Below are positions 40,320-50,445 of a stretch of 64,000 bases of DNA, piece after piece (position 1 is the first letter of the stretch; each line of letters begins with the position of its first letter). The notes beneath the pieces are model-generated. The model saw nothing but the letters and a program-made list of their open reading frames with translations, made no database searches and was not told the DNA's origin. This DNA is from Nitrospirota bacterium. Its GTDB lineage: Bacteria > Nitrospirota > Thermodesulfovibrionia > Thermodesulfovibrionales > Dissulfurispiraceae. The position numbers were made by a program, and so were the translations under genes. The stretch lies in assembly GCA_963710375.1 (NCBI GenBank), contig CAVPZX010000002.1, positions 128,001-192,000 of the forward strand. Direction: 5' to 3'.

Positions 40320-40669
40320 ACCCCCAGGATATTTTATGAGCTTCTATTGTAACCCAAAAGAGATTGCAGGTTAAAGCGTAAAGTGAAATTCGGCCTGAGG
40401 GTGGGGTACTCAAAGGACTCGACGATCCGATGTATTGAGATAATTCTGCTGAGTACAAGCGGAAAAGAGTAATGGGGAAATCTCTCTACAACTCGGAATT
40501 AGTCAACTTAGTCAATAACGCCCCCGAAATTATCACTCAACATTGCCTGATCGCCATCTGGTTAAACCGCTGACCGAACTTGGTGCAATTCCCGGTTCAA
40601 TAAGGCATGGCGTACCTGCAATGTGATAATAATGATGATATATCAATGAGATAAAGAATTATTGCGCGC

Positions 40670-40685
40670 TGGTACAAACATTGCT
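40670..40685 (+). promoter_or_regulatory. Candidate sigma54 promoter upstream of the heme sensor kinase
   Basis: TGGTAC-AAACA-TTGCT. Confidence 0.5.
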
Positions 40686-40901
40686 TTATTCTTCTCACTT
40701 TAATACTCATAGAAACGTTGTGGGGAGAAACGGATCTAATGAATACACCTGTTCAGCCAATAAAAAGGATATGACCGAGCTTGAGACCTCAGATATTGGA
40801 TAATTTAGGAGAAGAAGGGATTTACTCCAGAACAGATAATCAAGATGCTCGGTCTCTATTCCATATGGGCAAGGCACTGAAGATTGATACTAAATGAATG
40901 A

Positions 40902-43028
40902 TTGCCAATGAAAAACCTCATTCTGATAATAGGTTCCCTTATTGCAGTTATCTCGGGAATTATAACTCTCAGTTTTTTTTTCCAGCAGTCGCTGCAAATG
41001 GACATTGCCGAGCGGTTCAACATGGAGCAGTTCCTGCTTTCAGAATCAATTGCTGATGACATAAAATCTTATGTTCTGCGCGAACAAGAGGAACTCCTTT
41101 TAACAGCGCGTATCCTGTCGGAAGACAACATAGGGAGCGAAAGGGACTTTGCTAAAATAGAAGGAAAACTCAAGACAGCGCATAAGGGAATGGTTGACGC
41201 AAAACTCGGATTGATCAACACGCGCGGGGAACTGCTCTTCTTTCGAGGGGACAGGAACTTACTGCGGTCGGATATCCCCAATATAATACAGAAGGCAAAA
41301 GGCATGGAGTTCGGCATGACGCGCCTGCTTGAGAAGCCATCTTTTCTATATATCATATCACCGGTCTACCGCTGGAGCGGCCCTGCACACATAGCTTTCT
41401 TCCGTATCAGAATAGACGCCCTCTCCAACATTGCCCAAAATTTCGTGAGCAGCATCAAATCGGGTACGATCAGATATGCTTGGATGATGGATAAAAACGG
41501 CACTCTCCTTTTCCACCCCAAGCAACCCGGCATGGTGGGGAGAAACCTTTATAAGGCAGACACTACCTGCTTTAAATGCCACCTCAACTTCAATCTCGAA
41601 AAAAAAATCGTTGAAGGCAGGGTCAACAGTGTAGGCAAGTATATTGCTCCATCAGGAGAAGATAAGATCGTAGCATTCTCGACAATCCCCATTGACAACC
41701 TGTCATGGATTGTTGCGGTATCATCGCCTTACTCCGAAGTGTCTCTCCCAATAAAGCATAGCATGAAACTGTATTCCTATCTTATCGTATCAATGTTTAT
41801 CACCATCAGCTTTGTTTCTGCAGTGCTCATTGTCCTTAACAAAAAGAGGATCAATGCGCAGGCGGTTGCACGGAGAAAAGAAGAACTGGAGAAGTACGCG
41901 GCTCAACTCGAAGACCGGGTCAATGAGCGGACCGCCGAGCTATCAAGCGAAAAAGAAAAGCTGAATACGATCGTCAGCACTATTGGCGGAGGGATCATCC
42001 TGGTATCAAAAGAGGGCCAAATCCAGTGGGCAAACCAGATGATGGGGGACATGGCCGGCACGGACGTAATAGGCAAGTACTGTTCGGAGTTGTTCCAGGA
42101 GTGCAATCAGGCTGCCGCTTACTCCCATGATCACATAGACACTATCATACTAACAAACCTTTTCGACCGGAAAGACAACTATTTTCAGGTAACTACCGCA
42201 CCCCTTTTGGGAGATGACGGCGAATTGCACGGCTATATAAGGCTCATACAGGATGTCACCGAAGTAAAAAAGATGGAGGAGCAGATAATCAACTCTGAAA
42301 AACTCGCCTCTATCGGCAGGCTCGCAGCAGGCATCGCCCATGAAATCGGCAATCCGCTCACTTCCATTTTTTCATTCGTGCAGATTCTCGGGGAAATGGA
42401 AAAGGAAGATACATTTAAGAGAGAGAGCCTCGAAACGATCTCCTTCCATGTCAACAGGATTACAGAGATACTGAAACAGCTTTCAGGCTTTACGAAAATA
42501 CCCTCGGGAGAATCGCTACTGTGTATGGTCAATGAAATCATCGATACCGCCTTAAACCTGATCCGGTATGATAAAAAAGCAAAAGGGATATCTATCCTGA
42601 AAGAGTTTTCATCAGATCTTCCTGAGATAGTAACCGATGCCAACCAGTTGTCGCAGGTCTTCGTGAACCTTACCCTTAATGCAATCGACGCCATGCCCGA
42701 TGGTGGTACTCTCACGGTGAGGAGTTTTACGCGTGACGGCTCGGTTGCCATTCAGTTCCAGGACACCGGCATAGGCATACCGAAAAAGGATATCAATAAA
42801 ATATTCGATCCTTTTTACACAACCAAAGAGAAGGGAACAGGGCTGGGGCTGGCAGTAAGCTATGATATAATAAAAAAAATGAATGGGACCCTCACAGTCT
42901 CCAGCGTAGCAGGTAAGAGTACCACCTTTACCATACTGCTGCCCGTAGAGCATACATTAAGCCTAAAGCGTAAGTCTTGCATATTCCCCCAACAAACCAA
43001 CACTGCTGGATGTTTCGATCATTGCTGA
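40902..43028 (+). CDS. NtrB-type sensor kinase with a periplasmic Cache-like domain carrying a CxxCH motif, plus PAS
   Basis: Two TM helices, CFKCH at 41568-41582, AHEIGNPL, NAIDAM, GTGLGL. Confidence 0.88.
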   Translation: MPMKNLILIIGSLIAVISGIITLSFFFQQSLQMDIAERFNMEQFLLSESIADDIKSYVLREQEELLLTARILSEDNIGSERDFAKIEGKLKTAHKGMVDAKLGLINTRGELLFFRGDRNLLRSDIPNIIQKAKGMEFGMTRLLEKPSFLYIISPVYRWSGPAHIAFFRIRIDALSNIAQNFVSSIKSGTIRYAWMMDKNGTLLFHPKQPGMVGRNLYKADTTCFKCHLNFNLEKKIVEGRVNSVGKYIAPSGEDKIVAFSTIPIDNLSWIVAVSSPYSEVSLPIKHSMKLYSYLIVSMFITISFVSAVLIVLNKKRINAQAVARRKEELEKYAAQLEDRVNERTAELSSEKEKLNTIVSTIGGGIILVSKEGQIQWANQMMGDMAGTDVIGKYCSELFQECNQAAAYSHDHIDTIILTNLFDRKDNYFQVTTAPLLGDDGELHGYIRLIQDVTEVKKMEEQIINSEKLASIGRLAAGIAHEIGNPLTSIFSFVQILGEMEKEDTFKRESLETISFHVNRITEILKQLSGFTKIPSGESLLCMVNEIIDTALNLIRYDKKAKGISILKEFSSDLPEIVTDANQLSQVFVNLTLNAIDAMPDGGTLTVRSFTRDGSVAIQFQDTGIGIPKKDINKIFDPFYTTKEKGTGLGLAVSYDIIKKMNGTLTVSSVAGKSTTFTILLPVEHTLSLKRKSCIFPQQTNTAGCFDHC

Positions 43029-43266
43029 GCTCGACAAATAGAGGGCTGTCATGCTTTGATCTTGCGACGCGTATTTAGGGACGAAGTGTTTGTCAATTGC
43101 AACCTTGTGAAAGTGTGTAGTATCAGGTGTTCATCGCAAAGCGACATGCTCATAGTGCAACCATCGGGAGTATTATCATATCTGTGCTAGGCTTAATGTG
43201 AAATCTTGACACAGAGGCACAACCTTTCGAAATTCTTAATGAGATTGCGGCGGCGTGACGGAGTGT

Positions 43267-44094
43267 TCAGGGAAAGATAAACGTATAGCCACCGCCAACA
43301 GAAATGTTGACCTCATCACCGACCGAGACTGGGATTGCAAAACCGCCAAATCTCAAATCAGGGAGATTGAAGCTGACCACAATGCCGCCACCGATCCCGA
43401 ACGCTCCTTGCAAAGTTGAGACTATAAACGGCCCACCATAATCCTCTGGAGATGAGGTATATAATCCAAGAGCCAAATTGCCAACTGCGCCGAAGGAAGC
43501 CCCTATTGACAAGCCCACCGAGCCATAACGCCTTACATTGGCGATTCTCTGCAACTCAGCAACAAACCCGAGCGCGCCATTCACACTCTCAACTGCCGCG
43601 ACGTTGCCCCCAAATTCCACGGCGAAGGACTTTATCGACTTGCCCATCGCCTGGCTGAGCGGCTCACGAAGTTCGGGAGATGTGGCGATTTGTTTCATAG
43701 CTTCGACGGCCTTTAGGCTCACGCCCTTTTGTGAAGCCTCATTGCGAAGTAGGTCAACCTCATTGCCAAGGTGGGAGAGAACCTGAGGCCACGCCTTTCC
43801 CAGCGACTTGATGATATCGGCATACTCCTGAATCTTTTTCGCTGCCAGAGACTTGAGAACTGCCTCTTGACCTGAATTAACGACACTATGAATTTCGTTT
43901 TTGGCGATGTCGAACTCCTTTTCAGCAGCTTTGACAGCGTAATGGAATGTATTGGACACGAAATGGCCGCCGGATTGAGCAACACTGGAACCCATATGCA
44001 ACATGGTTGTGGCGCCGCTGGTGACAGTTGATGCGACCGTCTCTCCAGCTTTCTTCACTGCATGGTAAATGCTCTTAAACGGATCAAATGCCAT
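43267..44094 (-). CDS. Hypothetical protein
   Basis: 275-aa ORF with an amphipathic N-half and a Gly-rich C-half; no family recognised. Confidence 0.65.
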   Translation of the reverse strand: MAFDPFKSIYHAVKKAGETVASTVTSGATTMLHMGSSVAQSGGHFVSNTFHYAVKAAEKEFDIAKNEIHSVVNSGQEAVLKSLAAKKIQEYADIIKSLGKAWPQVLSHLGNEVDLLRNEASQKGVSLKAVEAMKQIATSPELREPLSQAMGKSIKSFAVEFGGNVAAVESVNGALGFVAELQRIANVRRYGSVGLSIGASFGAVGNLALGLYTSSPEDYGGPFIVSTLQGAFGIGGGIVVSFNLPDLRFGGFAIPVSVGDEVNISVGGGYTFIFP

Positions 44095-44127
44095 AATTCT
44101 TCTTTCACTGTATAAAAACTAGGGAAC

Positions 44128-44802
44128 TCAAAACCATACTTTATTTTCCCGGCTTCTCACTTCCAGAGGAGGCATAGTTTCGATCAATTCCGGCCAGACA
44201 GATGAAGCCGGCTTGTCAAAGAAAAACTTTGCGTCGGCTTCGGTTATAAACCAGTCGTTTCTTGAGATTTCGTTTTCGAGCTGCCCGGGAACCCAACCCG
44301 CATAGCCTGCGTATACACGGAATTGTTCATCAGCTCCGGGATTATCGATCATGCGTTTGAGATAGCCTGTATCTGAACTTATGTAAACGTTGTCTAATAG
44401 CTTTAGTGATCCAGCTGGTGGTGTGCCGGACCGCATTATCATAATTAATTTGTTTATTGCAACAGGCCCTCCCATGTAAAGGGGATCATTTCTTTTCAAC
44501 AGACCCTTGATGTCAGGGAACACTTCGGAAAGTCCCACTTTGGTAGGATGGTTGATGATCACACCCATAGCACCAGTCTTATCGTAGGCGATCAGGTAAA
44601 TAACAGAATGCATAAACATAGGGTCACTCATATTTTTACCGGCAACGAGGAAAACACCTTTAGCAAGAGCGGGTCGGGTTGAGCCCGGATACCTGGCGCT
44701 GTGCCCGAATGAAACCGCAATCAGAGAAATCGCGATAACTGCAATAGCGGATATTGCCGATGCTCGCCTGCCCGGGAACGACCTTCCACGATTCATGAGC
44801 AC
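44128..44802 (-). CDS. YqgE/AlgH (DUF179) family protein with an N-terminal signal
   Basis: DPMFMHSVIY, GAMGVIINHP, GGPV, GYAGWVPGQLENEI. Confidence 0.88.
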   Translation of the reverse strand: MLMNRGRSFPGRRASAISAIAVIAISLIAVSFGHSARYPGSTRPALAKGVFLVAGKNMSDPMFMHSVIYLIAYDKTGAMGVIINHPTKVGLSEVFPDIKGLLKRNDPLYMGGPVAINKLIMIMRSGTPPAGSLKLLDNVYISSDTGYLKRMIDNPGADEQFRVYAGYAGWVPGQLENEISRNDWFITEADAKFFFDKPASSVWPELIETMPPLEVRSRENKVWF

Positions 44803-44878
44803 ATTATATCAGATATTATGATCAATATTTCTTCCAGCGATATTGAGCTATCTCTGAGAATGGTGTATATATTAAACA

Positions 44879-45601
44879 ATGAGGAGAAAAGAAGATAAAA
44901 CTGGAAAGAAAACGAGAGGCTATATTCTCCTCGAAGGAGGGGCAGAGTTCGGTGGGCGCATGGCCGAGCCTGACAAACGTGCTATCGAGCTGGCAGGCGG
45001 GTTAGATGCTCAGGTCAGTATCATCCCGACCGCTGCCGTTCCCGATAATAATCACCAACGTGCAGGTCAATCCGGGGTCCGTTGGTTTAAAAGTTTGGGT
45101 GCGAAACAAGTAACTTCTTTGCCCCTTATAGATCGCGCTTCAGCTGATGAATTTACTATAGCTAGTGCTTTGCGCCGATCTCGTCTCATTTATCTTCTGG
45201 GTGGTTTCCCTCAATATCTTGCTCAAACGCTGGCAGGCACTCTAAGTTGGCAAGCCATCCTTGAGGCTTACGCTGCAGGAGCGGTGATCGGCGGCAGTAG
45301 TGCCGGGGCCATGATCTTATGCCAGCACTACTACGATCCCGCTACGAGCAGGATTGTGAACGGACTAAACTTAGTTCTCCAAGCGTGCGTCGTTCCTCAT
45401 CATAATACCTTTGGGAAGGGATGGGCATCTTCTTTGTTGCCCTTTATTCCTGACGCTGTGATTATTGGGATTGATGAACAGACCGGACTGATCGATGATA
45501 GTGAGGAACGAGAATGGACTGTTTTTGGTAAAGGCGCAGTAACAATCTACAAGGGGAGAATAACCGCTACTTATCACTCGGGCGAAACGCTTTCCCTCTG
45601 A
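44879..45601 (+). CDS. Peptidase S51 / cyanophycinase-like protein
   Basis: GGAE, IIPTA, GSSAGAM nucleophile motif, VPH, GIDEQT. Confidence 0.85.
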   Translation: MRRKEDKTGKKTRGYILLEGGAEFGGRMAEPDKRAIELAGGLDAQVSIIPTAAVPDNNHQRAGQSGVRWFKSLGAKQVTSLPLIDRASADEFTIASALRRSRLIYLLGGFPQYLAQTLAGTLSWQAILEAYAAGAVIGGSSAGAMILCQHYYDPATSRIVNGLNLVLQACVVPHHNTFGKGWASSLLPFIPDAVIIGIDEQTGLIDDSEEREWTVFGKGAVTIYKGRITATYHSGETLSL

Positions 45602-45629
45602 TATTTAGGAAAGTTGGGATGTGTCCCTA

Positions 45630-46146
45630 TTATGTCCCTAGTTTGAGGAGCATGATTCTTTCATAGATATCCTCATCTGTGAATTGAAAGCCGAAATTAC
45701 GATAAAGTTTTATTGCAATTAAGTTGGAGCTCTCCACTGTCAGCCATATCGAATCAAAGGATAGTTCCCGGGCTGTTTGAAGGGTCAATCTCGTCAACTC
45801 TGTCCCGACGCCGAGATTTCTGACGTTTTGGTCAACAAAGATTACGAACTCTCCTGACTTCCCGTTCGGGTCGGGAATGAACGCTGAATGGCCAATCACC
45901 CTGCCATTTCTCCATGCGAGGAAATTCATACCTATATTGCAGAGTCTGTTTAACCCAGTTAGAACAGACTTCAGGATCTTGCGGAGGGAGGCCCTGAGAG
46001 GCCGGTTTGGGTGAAAAAATGTTGTACATCTCCAGAAGAGCAGAAAAGTGTTCGGTACTGCAGGGACACATTTCAAAAGCGACCCCGGATTTGTCGGTTT
46101 TGATGATGTGCTTATCCGGGTTACGAATCATGAGCGCCTGCGGCAT
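45630..46146 (-). CDS. GNAT acetyltransferase with a +1 frameshift near 45950
   Basis: N-half (SQGLPP...NWV) in ORF 45832..46146; C-half (VIGH...RNLGVGTEL...NLIAIKLYRNFGF) in ORF 45630..46076. Confidence 0.8.
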
Positions 46147-46361
46147 ATTTCTTCAGCAGTGCGAGATACTGCTTTCGGTCATCTCGTCCGATCCTAGGCA
46201 TGGAGGATTCTATCGACTACCGCACCTGTGTGTCAAGAATATTAGGAAAATTGGGATGTGTCTCTATTATTTTTATTTTAATTGGCAACTATAAGGAGTA
46301 TATACTAAAAGCAGAAGTAAATTGACCCCGGATGATATCAAAGAGGGGATGAAAATTTCGG

Positions 46362-46868
46362 ATGAAATCCAATGTGACCATTATAGGCATGCCTGGCGCC
46401 GGGAAGAGCACCACCGGAATAATTCTGGCAAAATACTTGTCCTTCGGTTTTCTGGACACGGACGTTCTGATCCAAGTCAACCGCAAAAAATCTCTTCAGG
46501 AAATAATCGATGAGAGCGGCTACCTGACATTGCGAAAAATTGAAGAGGAGGAAATCCTGAGGATAAATGTTGAAAACCATGTCATCGCAACAGGGGGCAG
46601 CGCGGTTTATAGCTCAAAAGCGATGTCTCATTTCCAGGACATATCAACTATAGTATTTCTGGCTGTAGATTTTGAAACAATCCTTCATAGGATACATAAT
46701 TTCAATACAAGGGGCATCGTAAAAGCGGAGAATCAAACATTCCGGGATTTGTTTGACGAGCGGCAAGTACTATATGAGAAGTACGCGGATTGGACTATCG
46801 ACTGCAGCAATATGACTCAGGAAGAAGCAGCGGAAATAATATCGAAAAAAATGGCGACAAAAGGATGA
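46362..46868 (+). CDS. aroK: Shikimate kinase family protein
   Basis: [30 protein letters not shown]. Confidence 0.8.
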   Translation: MKSNVTIIGMPGAGKSTTGIILAKYLSFGFLDTDVLIQVNRKKSLQEIIDESGYLTLRKIEEEEILRINVENHVIATGGSAVYSSKAMSHFQDISTIVFLAVDFETILHRIHNFNTRGIVKAENQTFRDLFDERQVLYEKYADWTIDCSNMTQEEAAEIISKKMATKG

Positions 46869-47005
46869 TCTGCACGAAACACGGTGTAATTACGGTCGCC
46901 ATGGGCCATTGGCTTTTTCATCACGACAGCCGCAGCGGCCGCTGCTTCTGTTTCTTCCTCGTTGACCTCGACGAAAGCCTTGTGTATGATTTTCGAGATC
47001 CAAAG
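46859..47005 (-). pseudogene. Serpin gene remnant (hinge, reactive-centre loop, serpin signature)
   Basis: Hand translation [49 protein letters not shown]; no start codon. Confidence 0.85.
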
Positions 47006-47029
47006 AGATCCTTTCCGCCTTCTCTCCCT

Positions 47030-47539
47030 TTACTGTCTAAACCCAATCGGTTTTTTACTCGGCGTTTCCGGAGGAGCCATGAGTTTGCGGATAGCGCTGA
47101 AGATCGCCCTTATCTCATCATCATGCTTTTCAATCCTGTTTTCAAGCAGCGTGAACTTATGAGCAAGTTCCTTGTTTGAGGATAGCATTTCCCGAAGCTT
47201 TACAAAAGTCCGCATTATGGCTATATTCACCTGGATTGCTCTCTCGCTATTCAGCACGCCCGAGAGCATGGCCACCCCCTGTTCTGTAAAAACAAATACA
47301 TTAGGGGCATGCTTTATGCTGGAACTTATCACAATTTGTGATAAGTTCATGATCTCGTCGCGGGTCAGAGCATACATAAAATCTTCTGGAAACCTATCCG
47401 AATTCCTGCGCACAGCCTGATTTAATACACGAGTTTCCACCCCGTATAGTTCTGCCAAATCCCTATCGAGCATGACCTTGTGACCTCGAATCAAATAGAT
47501 TTTTTTCTCGATTATTTCAATGGGAATAAGTTCTTTCAT
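47030..47539 (-). CDS. ORF6N (KilA-N-like) DNA-binding protein
   Basis: IRGHKVMLDRDLAELYGV...NQAVRRN..RFPEDF, FTEQGVAML, KPIGF. Confidence 0.9.
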   Translation of the reverse strand: MKELIPIEIIEKKIYLIRGHKVMLDRDLAELYGVETRVLNQAVRRNSDRFPEDFMYALTRDEIMNLSQIVISSSIKHAPNVFVFTEQGVAMLSGVLNSERAIQVNIAIMRTFVKLREMLSSNKELAHKFTLLENRIEKHDDEIRAIFSAIRKLMAPPETPSKKPIGFRQ

Positions 47540-47720
47540 TTATCCTCCTCTTCCATTATTTAAAAACCCTGTGAGGAAGTTCATCAAACTAACGGTTTGT
47601 GCTATCACGACCTGAGTCTTCCCTTTCTCGAAAAATCCATCAATAATAAAACGTTAAGCCCGTTAAAGACAAGACCTATTTCCCTTAGTGTCAAGGTAGC
47701 GTGTAAAATAGCACGATCTT

Positions 47721-48446
47721 ATGAACTTGCATCGATCGCCGCTCCTGAAACATCTTTTCGCCCTTGCGACATTTGGGGTCGCCATGGGGTTTTTTGAAGC
47801 GGTGGTAGTAGTCTACCTGAGGCAGCTTTTCTATCCCGGGGGTTTTGCATTTCCACTTAGGCCTATGCCGGCCGGTTTTCTTTCGATCGAGTCTCTCAGG
47901 GAGATTGCAACCGTGGTGATGCTAATTGCCGTTAGCATCCTTGCAGGCTCCGGGTTTCTCAGAAGGTTTTCCTTCTTTCTGATAATGTTCGGAGTATGGG
48001 ACATTTTCTATTACGTCTGGCTAAAAGTCCTTGTTAACTGGCCTTCAACCCTTCTCGACTGGGATGTTCTTTTCCTTATTCCCGTGGTATGGGTAGGCCC
48101 TGTTCTGGCGCCGGTGATCTGTTCAGTTACCATGATCGGGTTCGGGGGATATTTCCTGGTCCTTTTAAGCAATGGCTATGCAGTGCGAATGAGGCGCTCT
48201 GAATCGCTCCTTATGGGGATGGGGTCTTTGCTCATCTTCATTGCGTTTGTATGGGACTTTGCTCACATTATTATCAAGGGAGGATTCTATTCACGGTTCT
48301 GGACGCTCGGAACAGACCCTGAATTCCAGAGATGCGTCGCAGCATTTGTTCCATCTTCATTCAAGTGGCCGTTATTCATCATGGGTGAAGTACTCATCGT
48401 CTATGCCCTGGTGTCCTTGGGAAGGAGAGCAAAGGGAATTAATTAA
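47721..48446 (+). CDS. Conserved hypothetical membrane protein
   Basis: Multi-TM; EAVVVVYLR, REIAT, WDIFYY, WDVLFLIP...GPV. Confidence 0.75.
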   Translation: MNLHRSPLLKHLFALATFGVAMGFFEAVVVVYLRQLFYPGGFAFPLRPMPAGFLSIESLREIATVVMLIAVSILAGSGFLRRFSFFLIMFGVWDIFYYVWLKVLVNWPSTLLDWDVLFLIPVVWVGPVLAPVICSVTMIGFGGYFLVLLSNGYAVRMRRSESLLMGMGSLLIFIAFVWDFAHIIIKGGFYSRFWTLGTDPEFQRCVAAFVPSSFKWPLFIMGEVLIVYALVSLGRRAKGIN

Positions 48447-49128
48447 CGATGACTTTCCATGTGCGGCCGGGCCGTTTTTCGACGACGACTCGATGACCGC
48501 CTGGCTTCCAGCGGTAACGTAGATATGAATGATGGCGCACATCGGAGAGTATGGACTGTTTAAAAGCACCGATATTGACACCCTCTGGGTCGCGTGCGGA
48601 GCGGAAGATAAGGCCGTTAACCCCTTGATCATGGAGATAACTCCCGAGCGCATGCGTAAAGGAATAGTCCGTCTTATCAACCAGGGCCGGATACTTCTTT
48701 TCCTTTCCCAAAATATCTATAAGCATTCCCTTGACATGGACTTTAAAAATCCTTCGGTGCGCAACAACTTCAACATAAGTATCGAGTCCATTCTTAATGG
48801 CCGCAAACCGTCTTAGCCATGAATAGACCGTCTCGTGAATGGTGGTAAGCACAGTAGTACTACCGTACCAGACTCCGAAACGAGACCCGTCGCTAAAACG
48901 TGTCAACTGCCTCGCCTCGCCTAATGACACCCCATACTGAAATGGACGAGTGATAATAGGTGATAGGTTCTCCACCTCCGGCTCACTTACAAGGTCCTCG
49001 CCGTACGCCATGTCCATAGCATTAGCGCTGAGGTCATCGAGCAGATTTTCCGACTTTATGATAGTCGGAATATTTCGGAAAGTGTCGTTGTCGAAATGGG
49101 CGACCTTGGCGACAATTTCATCAAACAT
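48439..49128 (-). CDS. RES-domain toxin
   Basis: TRFSDG...GVWYG...HE..Y, DYS, FRSAR..G.N (R-E-S residues). Confidence 0.85.
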   Translation of the reverse strand: MFDEIVAKVAHFDNDTFRNIPTIIKSENLLDDLSANAMDMAYGEDLVSEPEVENLSPIITRPFQYGVSLGEARQLTRFSDGSRFGVWYGSTTVLTTIHETVYSWLRRFAAIKNGLDTYVEVVAHRRIFKVHVKGMLIDILGKEKKYPALVDKTDYSFTHALGSYLHDQGVNGLIFRSARDPEGVNIGAFKQSILSDVRHHSYLRYRWKPGGHRVVVEKRPGRTWKVIVN

Positions 49129-49538
49129 CAGCGCCCCTTTTCGAAGTCCAGGTACCGTTTAACCATCAGAAGGCCAAGGAAGCCCTCCTCACGTATTACC
49201 TGTGCAGGTGACCGCCCATTGAAATCCAGGTTCGGCAGTGTCATCCACTTATAAACGATCTCGCGATTTTCCGGGAAGAGGATTCTTAGCGATCGATGGA
49301 TGCTTAGTAAAGCCTTTACCCGGTCCATGAGGTCCCTGTTATCGGCGAGTGGTTCTCCCTTTCTGTAGCGATTCAGGGTCATCCTTGAAGTTTCCACGAG
49401 ACCGAGAAGTGCCAGCTGGTCATCAACCGGCAGCTTCCAGTGGTCAAAGAGCGTTATGACCATCTTCGCGAGGGCCGCCCTGCCTTCCCTGCTGCGGGGG
49501 TCCCGCAGCTTTACGTTTGCGTTTGCGACCGCTTTCAT
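49128..49538 (-). CDS. Xre/MbcA/ParS-type antitoxin
   Basis: HTH-like N-terminus, WMTLPN..FNGRSP, YLDFEKG; translationally coupled to the RES gene. Confidence 0.85.
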   Translation of the reverse strand: MKAVANANVKLRDPRSREGRAALAKMVITLFDHWKLPVDDQLALLGLVETSRMTLNRYRKGEPLADNRDLMDRVKALLSIHRSLRILFPENREIVYKWMTLPNLDFNGRSPAQVIREEGFLGLLMVKRYLDFEKGR

Positions 49539-49628
49539 AATTTATCTCCCAATTGTATCAATTGTTATATTAATTGTAACAATTATAAAGGATAATTACA
49601 ACCCAAGTGTTTGCTACCGACAGGGAAA

Positions 49629-50357
49629 TTACTTGGCCTGTACAGATTCTTGCATCAAACTTTCGATCTCGTCGGGTTCAAGCGGCCTGAATTCTCCGGG
49701 CTTCAGATTTCTGAGTTTCACGCCGTTGATGCTCGTTCTCTTAAGCTTGACAACAGGATACCCGACTTTCTCGAGCATCCTTCGAACCTGCCTGTTTCTC
49801 CCCTCATGCATGGATATCTCAATCCATGAGTTGTTCTCGGACCGGTGGGGTATTCTTCTCACTTTCGACGGAGCAGTTTTGCCGTCCTGCAGGCTCACGC
49901 CTATCCGCAGTTTTTCGAGAGCATTGTCATCAATAATTCCTTTTACTTTAGCCAGATATGTCTTATATATCTTTTTGGACGGATGCAGAATTGCTTGAGA
50001 GAAATCACCATCATTCGTTATAAGCAAAAGCCCTTCCGAATCATAATCGAGTCTCCCGACGGGGAACACGCGGTATTTTACGCGCTGCAGGAAATCCTTT
50101 ACCGTAGGCCTGCCCTGAGGATCAGAAAGGGACGTCACCACACCTTTGGGTTTATTAAAGATCAGATAAACCTTCGGCTCAGGCCTGGTCAGAAGTTTGC
50201 CGTCAACCTTTACGTGGTCTCTGGCAGAATCGGCCTTCATACCGATTTCCGCCGTCCTGCCGTTGACAGTCACTCTGCCTTCAGCAATAAGCTCCTCGGC
50301 CTTTCTACGTGAAGCGACACCCATTTGGGCCAGTATCTTCTGAATCCTCTGTTCCAT
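49629..50357 (-). CDS. rluB: rRNA pseudouridine synthase (RluB/RsuA family)
   Basis: S4 domain SRRKAEELI, VGRLDYDSEGLLL, EGRNRQVRRM. Confidence 0.85.
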   Translation of the reverse strand: MEQRIQKILAQMGVASRRKAEELIAEGRVTVNGRTAEIGMKADSARDHVKVDGKLLTRPEPKVYLIFNKPKGVVTSLSDPQGRPTVKDFLQRVKYRVFPVGRLDYDSEGLLLITNDGDFSQAILHPSKKIYKTYLAKVKGIIDDNALEKLRIGVSLQDGKTAPSKVRRIPHRSENNSWIEISMHEGRNRQVRRMLEKVGYPVVKLKRTSINGVKLRNLKPGEFRPLEPDEIESLMQESVQAK

Positions 50358-50368
50358 AAATAAAAGAA

Positions 50369-50442
50369 AGGTTTAGGTCGAGGTTAAGGTTGAGAAAAAC
50401 AGATATAATACCTGTCTTAACCTTAACCTCAGCCTTAACCTA
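50369..50442. repeat. Tandem-inverted hexamer repeat
   Basis: aggtttaggtcgaggttaaggttgag ... cttaaccttaacctcagccttaacct. Confidence 0.85.
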
Positions 50443-50445
50443 ATG

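Noticed and set aside
40805..40880. EKKGFTPEQIIKML resembling the start of an IS3-family OrfA
   Set aside because: No start codon, no recognisable inverted repeat and no further transposase sequence
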